Below are positions 59,401 through 64,000 of a DNA stretch of 64,000 bases, in pieces. The notes below the pieces were generated by a model, which was not told where the DNA came from, made no database searches, and saw only the letters and a list, made by a program, of their open reading frames with translations. The stretch's first letter is position 1. Each line of letters starts with the position of its first letter. The stretch comes from an uncultured Candidatus Saccharibacteria bacterium (GTDB lineage Bacteria > Patescibacteriota > Minisyncoccia > Phycocordibacterales > UBA2100), in NCBI GenBank assembly GCA_964648335.1, contig CAZYLZ010000003.1, positions 7,100 to 71,099 of the forward strand. The letters are read 5' to 3'. The position numbers and the translations under genes were made by a program.

Positions 59401-61845
59401 TCGATCGTGCGGGTCGGCACGATGATGCCTGATACCGCTGCGATCGTGAAAGCATTCGACGAATGCAAGAACGCAGGCGTGTGCGCCGCAAATGCGAAGC
59501 TCACGTTTGATATCAAGAGCAAGAATAGCTGGCGCAGTACTTCGGCAGATAGCAAACCGGTAGTGTTCGAGATAGAGGCAAGGGAGGTGCAGTCGGCCGT
59601 CGCTGCGAAGCCCGCCGCCCAATCTCCAGGGAATGGATCAGGAGCGCAATCGGCCCGGTTCGTTCAAGGCAACCACACTATCAATCCGTACATCGGGGCA
59701 TCAATGAAGGTTGCTGCTGAACACTGGGGTCCCGAATACGAATTCAGGGTTATCAGCGGTCAGGCGGGGCGGTCGTCAGGTACCAAGAACCACCCGGCAA
59801 ACCGGGCGGTAGACATCACTATCTATAAAAACGGTGTCGCCCTCAAGAATATCCGATCACCAGAGACGTTTGCTGTGTATCGCGACTTCATGCAAGACGT
59901 AAAGCACTTCCAAGATCAGCTGTTCCCTGAGCTGAGGGGTCAAGGACGGTGGGGCGGCTACTTTGTGAGCGGGGTAGGGCAAGACCTGATGCATTACGAT
60001 CTCGATCCTTCAAACGTTATGGCGGCAGGAAGCTGGGAAGGTGGCCTTCGACCGCAATACGCGTTTTATGGAATCCCGGGTGATGTCGGGAAAGGCATGG
60101 GGAATTTGGCGACGTATAAACCGGCAGGTACGAGTGTGGGTGGGCCAAGTGTTGCAGCAGCTCCTGCAAAACCGACCATCACGATCCAAAAGTCGGTTTC
60201 GATAAAGTTGGCAACGCCAGCAATCGCTGACCGTGGTATCGCTGATGCTGGTAGGTTACTCGGTAAAGAGATTTTTAATTATAAAGTTACCGGATCTGAG
60301 TCGACTCATGAGGTAAGGGTATACGCCAGCAAGAACAATGGAGTCTTGGCGGGGTCCCAATCACGGGGAAAAGGAGCGACCCCGACGAAGGCGACGGTAA
60401 GTATCGCCGATATCAACAGTTTGTCGGGGCTTACCGACTATCTCTCTCGTGCATATGCGCGTGGCGTCGTCGCGCCGTCGGTACCAGCTTTGCCGAGGGA
60501 CGGCACTATACGCGTCGCCGCGAACGCGGAATTCCCGAGTGTAGCTAGCGTCGTCAAAGAAGGTCAGGAGATTGGCGGTGGGGCACCAGTGCCACGAGTC
60601 CCGATACCGACGTTCTTGTCGCGTGCTGTTCCAGGAGCCAAAGTAGCAGCACCACGTGGAGGGACCTTGGCCAACGTCATCATGACCGCGCTCGGACTCG
60701 GATTGTTCCCGGTTATCAATCCTGGTCGCGTCTTTGGTCCCGATGATGCAGGTTCGTCAGCAGTGCCTTCGGTGGATACGCTCGACGACGAAGCCGAGCT
60801 CGAGCGTCTCTTGAACGAAGACAAGCCTACGATGACCAAACAGTTCACGCCGACTCCGGTTCAAGCGCCAACACCGGTCAAGCTTCATCTTGATCCAGAA
60901 AAGGGTTGGATGGTGATGACTGAGCAGACAGTGACGCAGACTCCGCCTCCGGGAACGTCACCGGGAGGGGGTGGAAACGGCGGAGGTGGAGGTGGCGCGC
61001 AGCAGAGCCCAATCCAAAAAGCGATGAGTGCGCTCCAGGACATGATGAAGAAAATGACAGATGCTGCAAAGAAAGCGGCCGGTGGAGGTGCCGCTTCGGG
61101 CGCGGCACCGGCGGCGCCGACGAATCCTCCAACCTCTGCAAATACGTCGCCGACTATACGCTGCACTCCTTCGTCAGTTGCATCCGCGACGACCAAGATA
61201 ACCGTATCGTGGACTTGTAGCGGCAGCACATCGTCTGTCGGAACCGGCTTCAGCACCACAGGTAAGGTCTCGGGAGTTACGACGGCCACCATTGCCGCGA
61301 CATCATCTCCTAAAGTGGATCTCACAATCTCGTGTCTCACCAACGCCGTGGTGACCGGTACTGCATCGTGTCCTATTGATGTCATCCATCCATCGGTGGC
61401 CGGGGCTGCCAATCCGTCGACGGTCGAATCAGGCAAAGGGTCTCAAGTCGTCTGGACATCGGTACAGACGACCGGCTGTTCGGTCTACGCGCCGCCGAGC
61501 GTAATGCTTGTTACGGGCGGATCATCGGGGCGCGTCGATACACCGGCCTTGGTACATACCAGTATTTATAAGGTCGTGTGCGGTACCAAGGCAGGAACAG
61601 CCGTAACCGCACCGGTGACCATAGTGGTAGCAGGGGATGATAGCGCGCCCCTTGAAGCGGTCGTTCCTGCAACCGCACAGACGAAAAGCATGACCACATC
61701 CGGTACCTCTGCGTCGGCTTCTGGAGTATCGGGGACAGCAGGAACTGTTGGTGCGACTATAGTAAACGGACAACCGGTGCAGCTGTGCAACCCCGGTGCG
61801 GGGATGACGGCGTTTGTGCACTGTATATCAGGGGGAAGATTTTGA
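50452..61845 (+). CDS. giant secreted multidomain protein (3,797 aa) with amidase_2-like and M15-like peptidoglycan-hydrolase modules and C-terminal Ig-like tandem domains
   Basis: Uninterrupted 11.4-kb ORF; signal peptide; Ala/Gln-rich low-complexity core; YLVMHHQAG...YHTG...YWIKQNGDIVVARRDGTIEAHIGQ...NATGIEFEG (amidase_2/PGRP-like, about 57040-57330); ISGQAGRSSGTKNHPANRAVDI...DLMHYDLD (M15_3-like, about 59690-60010); Gly-rich GGGGNGGGGGG; C-terminal ...ITVSWTCSG...ISCLTN... β-sandwich repeats. Confidence 0.8.
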   Translation: MRRIPQVFSAYVFIIACATVITAVSLLPLRLGAEVGTANCAAGYVEVNGACKPAQENENVGQTNGTDSKTTTSKTNTTDTTHCDLTTFQAAVGGSQSCYEPGVIGGKSGQCSPPPGAATCASLKESAINAMGGGGVGGSVPTKPEDIIFGPETPVQSSGQVIPNSGQQAPLEVVNTKVVNTPSALDRLESMLGLGENGSGDKPTTLLPGPASANLSDYTKFTPYDNGAPQFDMASVRAARAGDAFYDGVMSNLFNNLDSLPMQFTPPNVGDVLSGRIFGPPSTFAPVGTAGFTPTPGTGMAPGQNLVSRSVPTSNVPNPLQSAYDRLTNPFSSSPLAGTAGLPGALLAQMSPSGLASLTPSQQATLQEQLARYQEQQPQNTVFMTTDAAGRPVLAPTPDSLTQPLTSDPFAGESAALARLANGDNLLDPNTPVIPGTTPSDSLKGIVEVSAATPLTPDGASLVSTEDVRDAFQRGNFGEAIAKAGEGMIESTQRLLASIGQGSIKLIGLGAVENTMQSVSDALGFSGTGGVDTLAGSGQDDIPTGDIVYTDANNNDQGTPGAPSGIPAQATPALSQSEKNALAEYQQAQTAANDVANSTDEQVKADAAVAKAQSALEKSGIDPETGQKVVETKPFSPENNPELGGSKERADALKDTNKTTTVTYCDPPNSDCTRFRNVEYRTEAEAKVAEQANKTAESLDRDVKSIQAEQKALADARTWDQKARDLLPDSLRPAPSKDYLICNDADCTNPKQATYNEYKTATDQQIESLKAAEAVEKSKAAYIENGLPSSDKVAEKLSGATLDNQPQRTYYDMFGNEYRNAEAAKGADTIALNNESRAAAISGTEKSVSDMEAQKAKYDADVQAQIDAGKIKQADPFVVTVNQNGKEVKMSFEEYRAQAAASVDAMKQEIADSSKVAQDLKQTFAPRPGDGPSVPPISEEAKMRDLAERKLEETAVLKAVEAKTNQDKEFAAIAKLTDAQRRDQAPQIEARLAQAAKDVNAYTTKAQELAGVVPQTQETKDAVAAVERVLTQGTTQLERNIAGLKDWGKDMTGPVGFMVRSIGGSLGNATELVTSYLPNQPAQVVIGKMFDTNPEFTKFITPVKIAGELVNVVSTPLLLSSPSRAMVESALASQLEARTAALTSSPLISAPSTAAATADSALARAAAVRAEIMDAGIQARFGAPVGTTPVVVESRLAPIASVDAAGNGVVRLEPVVTASSRAEGAVVAEGLPGARAGVGEVVGGGIAREITAADIAAKAPVADSAFGRVAQTIKEAGGPDLLGPAWNKAVAPVETVVSGVEAAGASAARRIDNAVADAYKFMNGSYPPGSFRAFEAQFPAAERAGVSAAVDANAALGRTLSGEAKSAISGYESAAAQAAAERARMEAATAAGRTATARAEVQDALAAARARLEQAGLEPVAADSLAVRTRPQVVPTVVESGATVAELQKGVALDAAATAKAVPVENVSKANAALADTVAAADKGAAARAIKNYESAQADFAKLARENPSSSALDASAARMRSAAQDLAKYDLEPATAGSKVLQKSIVPQKDIVTLTQIEKDVSQAVSKGDYAKAYDALQKERPALAMGDNSQAYLLSPSGRARIELENRLFNYTNEVAQGIRMENALAKAELVNVEAAAKAQPTSFSTNISNAIAACSKGGSCDPRILLTKSLPSPARLLNGAVTASIAFQALAPTVQVARMVETGAARVAVVSTKAASTPYLYGKLAPVVSTDAARVASIKSAVTPAQLAQSYRILASVPEVKAAVASPSVPAAQAAASQATAVGDYATKVGSALKSAGLEATPLAQTMAQVARDPALALAETAPVRAALADATAQARAAAIAASAAGTASVAPVPATPDFRGLNATAPVIAEVLAQQAFLSDRGPTLFEKQQPTILGSAAEFINQVVGITPAVAQGRDICAGNNCGGHKYVGQAMEKIRSVLGYAPGEMGVRIGNGGERYATYANLGEWLAADIIKRQAYVTQLGKDVLLGNDTNRSQDAAWAVPDRDHAQPVAVLRQQRLNAFAKSGLTTEEATTPFTANDIDRIEKISIATACAEYSKCSPDFIPQAERDRARQILARAGIISPQQTVSAPLSVAEKQVAQNAITNAQAAGMRIPTAVAQALTPWAFQERRAVLEGQRIISEVAQNPALTNPAAHAQYTALAQSGGAIQIPGAAGQTIYLPGSEFSSAVPSRQYLVMHHQAGMNALNRATQYHTGAVNVGTRYWIKQNGDIVVARRDGTIEAHIGQIGPSDLDGRKIVSANNANATGIEFEGYGYNTAEQMQSGVALALFLQTRHSISPDRVIPHLKDTDRQEGVAMTQVMRTIAFVPHKAEEQFAKIAQVLQKGIQGIVQAAGQNAATLAAKIQGIQKTLRTVSTPFSDSAVSKTALAQPMFATRSGPQLGAVPAAEAGAVRAAPAAAGAAAVVPSALAVTEALAKASAASDAYKQAATGFVRAVESGDQSLLNSINALSKASDTAYTEAFEAARTYLVEAGATDAVVAAKAKALNERAVSAKAKLASDTASLKQKNAQLAEYVGASDAHAAAMRDIISEAKDLVAKSPSSGISQVRVTTVPVLPVTEKISPPSSLKFRTGSNINPEQARAYLATDASMILGGDPSSEGWDALAKAVKDSGGRLHMYDFGPGGPTNGVMTVAESSEQAAKARELGLARDQWLAGTWNEGKPTGWLKSSTDRIAKYQPYSVEFDNLDRLPWLRNDGAATVSFFKEYQKWADANGVATRVILKNLDQVQWQALAGSIRSGELRGSTFANIAINEGTLVAAPVAKAIGITEVRTTDSGNYPTPNDLRSDPAANAIYAAYPTAESSVGVRTAGVGKVDGFDLAQATKAGVKLSLDPHVLSTASEEVPFKIVYTDPASKLTADLTMADYARLTPSGRKEVQMVVTDGNGKAQALSPAAFDEYMSAKFSVGQSGNAVAQLKSDIEKLTGVKATDMKPLTGKNATTVHSSEAGKYSAVATYRSGDSIVRVGTMMPDTAAIVKAFDECKNAGVCAANAKLTFDIKSKNSWRSTSADSKPVVFEIEAREVQSAVAAKPAAQSPGNGSGAQSARFVQGNHTINPYIGASMKVAAEHWGPEYEFRVISGQAGRSSGTKNHPANRAVDITIYKNGVALKNIRSPETFAVYRDFMQDVKHFQDQLFPELRGQGRWGGYFVSGVGQDLMHYDLDPSNVMAAGSWEGGLRPQYAFYGIPGDVGKGMGNLATYKPAGTSVGGPSVAAAPAKPTITIQKSVSIKLATPAIADRGIADAGRLLGKEIFNYKVTGSESTHEVRVYASKNNGVLAGSQSRGKGATPTKATVSIADINSLSGLTDYLSRAYARGVVAPSVPALPRDGTIRVAANAEFPSVASVVKEGQEIGGGAPVPRVPIPTFLSRAVPGAKVAAPRGGTLANVIMTALGLGLFPVINPGRVFGPDDAGSSAVPSVDTLDDEAELERLLNEDKPTMTKQFTPTPVQAPTPVKLHLDPEKGWMVMTEQTVTQTPPPGTSPGGGGNGGGGGGAQQSPIQKAMSALQDMMKKMTDAAKKAAGGGAASGAAPAAPTNPPTSANTSPTIRCTPSSVASATTKITVSWTCSGSTSSVGTGFSTTGKVSGVTTATIAATSSPKVDLTISCLTNAVVTGTASCPIDVIHPSVAGAANPSTVESGKGSQVVWTSVQTTGCSVYAPPSVMLVTGGSSGRVDTPALVHTSIYKVVCGTKAGTAVTAPVTIVVAGDDSAPLEAVVPATAQTKSMTTSGTSASASGVSGTAGTVGATIVNGQPVQLCNPGAGMTAFVHCISGGRF

Positions 61846-61851
61846 CGAAAC

Positions 61852-61879
61852 AAAAAACGCCCCCGAAGGGGCATTTTTT
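61852..61879. terminator. bidirectional rho-independent terminator
   Basis: AAAAAAC-GCCCC-cgaa-GGGGC-ATTTTTT between the convergent giant gene and the 61886..62338 minus-strand gene. Confidence 0.75.
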
Positions 61880-61885
61880 GTGAGA

Positions 61886-62338
61886 TCAAAAGCCAAAGAA
61901 CTCCATTATCTTGTGCGAGAGCGGCTCGACTATGAGGTTCTCGGGAACATGGTCAGAAAGGAAGGTGCGGACGCGGTCAGCATCTTCGTCTGCAAGCGGG
62001 AGCACAAGGTGTGCATGCATAGGACGGTGCGTGTTGATGAGGAGCAGGTGCTCTTCATCGTTTATCCAGAATGCATCGATGATGTCGTACGAGAAGAACA
62101 TGTCGTCGGCTTTGATACCGCGATTCGAGATCTCGAAGCTGACTTCGCGAGCAGGGCGCATCGACATGATGGTAAGGGTCCCTGCCGCAACCAAGATTAA
62201 GATCGCGAAAAGTATGTCGGAAAGAAGGATTGCGGTGAGCGCGCTCGATACCGCGACAATACCGAGCACCCAGAACCAATCTCCCTCTTTGGGCTCGTGC
62301 TTATGCTCGAGCGCTCGCCATGCGATGGTTTCAGCCAT
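61886..62338 (-). CDS. small membrane hypothetical protein (150 aa)
   Basis: Two adjacent TM helices (WFWVLGIVAVSSALTAILL / ILFAILILVAAGTLTIM); no known motif. Confidence 0.45.
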   Translation of the reverse strand: MAETIAWRALEHKHEPKEGDWFWVLGIVAVSSALTAILLSDILFAILILVAAGTLTIMSMRPAREVSFEISNRGIKADDMFFSYDIIDAFWINDEEHLLLINTHRPMHAHLVLPLADEDADRVRTFLSDHVPENLIVEPLSHKIMEFFGF

Positions 62339-62383
62339 GGATAGAAGTATAACGCATCGCGTGCCGCATTAAGATGAAAACAA

Positions 62384-62409
62384 ATCACCCGCTCGTGCGA
62401 GCGGGTGAT
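62384..62409 (-). terminator. rho-independent terminator downstream of the pilin gene
   Basis: 11-bp perfect stem ATCACCCGCTC-gtgc-GAGCGGGTGAT followed on the minus strand by TTGTTTTCATCTT. Confidence 0.65.
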
Positions 62410-62422
62410 TATAACGTATCGA

Positions 62423-62836
62423 TTACGGACCAACGGTATTTCCGCATCCCGATGAAAATCCTTTTATAGTGTTGGTCTCAAGACAGAAGGAGAGAGTATA
62501 GGTGCTGCCAGTTGTCGATTGATAGGTGTACGAGTATTTGGGCGAAGGATCGCGCGGGGTCTTGGTCATGGACCCAGTGCTTACGAGCGTGGTCGAAAGG
62601 ATATCGGTGCCATTGATGGTGACCGCAGTCGCGGCCGTTGGGTATGATCCTGCGGCGGTCGCGTGGAGCGCGAGCGCCTTGCGTATCTGATCAATATCGT
62701 CGATTCGCCGCGCATCTCGCGCTTTGGTTCGTGCTAAGCCAAGTCCTGCCATGATGAGTCCCGATAAGAGCGCGATGATAGCAAGAACGACGAGCAGTTC
62801 TATGAGCGTAAAGCCCCGATCGGATTTTGTATGCAT
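62423..62836 (-). CDS. type IV pilin / pseudopilin (prepilin-type N-terminal cleavage/methylation domain)
   Basis: Class III signal: MHTKSDRG-FTLIELLVVLAIIALLSGLI with G(-1) and E(+5), hydrophobic N-terminal helix; 137 aa. Confidence 0.8.
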   Translation of the reverse strand: MHTKSDRGFTLIELLVVLAIIALLSGLIMAGLGLARTKARDARRIDDIDQIRKALALHATAAGSYPTAATAVTINGTDILSTTLVSTGSMTKTPRDPSPKYSYTYQSTTGSTYTLSFCLETNTIKGFSSGCGNTVGP

Positions 62837-62875
62837 GAATCAAGTGTAGTATGGCGTGCCGACGGCATCAATACT

Positions 62876-63901
62876 ATGATTGGGGACATGGTAGCGATAA
62901 AAGGCAAGAAACTCCCTAAGATAGTGACTATTGGTGGGGGTACCGGTCACTTCGTGTTGCTTTCGGGGCTCAAGGACGAGGCGGTCGACATAGCGGCTAT
63001 CGTTTCGATGGCCGACGATGGCGGGTCGACGGGTTTGTTGCGTGACGAGATGGGTGTCTTGCCGCCTGGCGATGTGCGCCAGTGCCTCGCCGCACTGTCC
63101 GAGGAGTCCGATCTGTTGCGCGCGCTTTTTTCATATCGATTCACGACGGCGGGTCTTGCGGGACATTCGTTTGGCAATCTTTTTCTTTCTGCCCTCGAGA
63201 AGATAAGCGGATCGTTTGATGCGGCGGTCGCCGAAGCGTCGCGTGTCTTGCACGTGAAGGGCGATGTCATTCCGGTAACTGAGGGAGATATGCGACTCGT
63301 GATAGAACGCAATGACGGCGATCTTCTCATGGGGGAGCGGCATCTCGACGACAACGATCACCTGAGGACGGTCGGTGTAAAGCAGGTACATCTCGCGCAT
63401 CCGGTCGTCGCTAACCCGCGCGCAATCGAGGCGTTGGCTCTTGCGGATGTTATCGTGCTCGGCCCCGGAGATCTCTACGGAAGTCTCTTGCCGCCACTCT
63501 TGGTCCCTGGCGTCTGTGAGGCGATCGTGTCTTCTAAGGCGATACTTGTCTATGTAGCGAACCTTACCAACAAGCGCGGGCAAACGGACGCCTTTACCGT
63601 GCAGTCGTATGTCGAGGTCATCAACCGCTATCTGGGTACCGAGCGGATAGACCGCGTGCTCATAAATAACACGATGCCGTCGAAGGCTCTCGTTGCACGC
63701 TACGAGAAGCAGGAGGGGAAGGGTATGATCGTGGCGAACGATACCGCCACGACCGGCTACGTTCCGCTCTATGACGATCTCCTTGCTCAGGATCCTCACG
63801 AGTCCCATAACGGAGACCAGTTTTCGCATACCAGGTCGTTCATACGTCACGACTCGCATAAGCTGGCGCATGCTATCGTACGGCTCGTAACCGGCCGATG
63901 A
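62876..63901 (+). CDS. YvcK/CofD-family protein (UPF0052, gluconeogenesis-factor-like)
   Basis: KIVTIGGGTGHFVLLSGLK nucleotide-binding loop and VSMADDGGSTGLLR...LPPGDVRQCL blocks typical of the YvcK/CofD family; start may be 62831, 62876 or 62888. Confidence 0.75.
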   Translation: MIGDMVAIKGKKLPKIVTIGGGTGHFVLLSGLKDEAVDIAAIVSMADDGGSTGLLRDEMGVLPPGDVRQCLAALSEESDLLRALFSYRFTTAGLAGHSFGNLFLSALEKISGSFDAAVAEASRVLHVKGDVIPVTEGDMRLVIERNDGDLLMGERHLDDNDHLRTVGVKQVHLAHPVVANPRAIEALALADVIVLGPGDLYGSLLPPLLVPGVCEAIVSSKAILVYVANLTNKRGQTDAFTVQSYVEVINRYLGTERIDRVLINNTMPSKALVARYEKQEGKGMIVANDTATTGYVPLYDDLLAQDPHESHNGDQFSHTRSFIRHDSHKLAHAIVRLVTGR

Positions 63902-64000
63902 AATAAAAGCGTCACCCGGGTGTAGTAGCAGTATCCGTGACACAATAGACCAATCATGACCACAGCAACACTCCGAACTGGGGCAGGAAGCATCGCAGCG

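Noticed and set aside
63131-63943. 270-aa minus-strand ORF overlapping the YvcK/CofD-family gene
   Set aside because: Fully antisense to a gene with clear conserved motifs. Arg-rich junk composition typical of GC-rich antisense frames.

Overview
This is a gene-dense window of about 57% GC, probably from a small-genome bacterium. Frequent ATGA stop/start overlaps, a stripped-down tsaE-only/short-YebC gene set, type IV pilin and huge secreted proteins suggest a Patescibacteria/CPR-like lineage, but that is inference, not proven. The clear housekeeping landmark is the chromosomal origin region: rpmH-rnpA-yidC-jag on the minus strand (18.6-20.3 kb) diverging from dnaA-dnaN on the plus strand, with DnaA boxes and an AT-rich element in the dnaA-dnaN spacer. 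Other recognisable genes are a LysM-M23 peptidase, uvrD/pcrA, rsmA(ksgA), a class A PBP, ruvC, yebC, ruvB, a PilB/GspE ATPase, an M28 peptidase, tsaE, polA, holA-like, a DoxX protein, a SpoU methyltransferase, a Mur-ligase family protein, ruvA, rpsT, a type IV pilin, a YvcK/CofD-family protein, and two tRNAs (Lys-UUU and Arg-GCG, both on the minus strand). Two accessory blocks stand out. The first (about 5.9-18.6 kb) lies directly beside the origin and looks like a type IV secretion system: a VirB4/TraC-class ATPase with the DEAW motif, a large VirB6/TrbL-like polytopic membrane protein, a VirB3/PrgI-like two-helix protein, a VirB2/TrbC-like pilin candidate and several secreted or anchored proteins. 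No VirD4, VirB11 or relaxase is visible in the window. The second is a scattered family of secreted proteins at 36.8-39.9 kb, 41.3-42.8 kb, 46.6-49.4 kb and 50.4-61.8 kb. Three of them share a Cys-framed ...C-x-x-[KR]-P-W...FFD-x-LC...G[YF]V motif and Gly-rich helices, and four of them share a C-terminal Ig-like tandem β-sandwich domain. The family culminates in an 11.4-kb gene for a 3,797-aa secreted protein that carries embedded amidase_2-like and M15-like peptidoglycan-hydrolase motifs. Three tandem degenerate two-hairpin repeats sit between rpsT and tRNA-Arg. Most overlapping opposite-strand ORFs in the track are GC-driven artefacts and were rejected.
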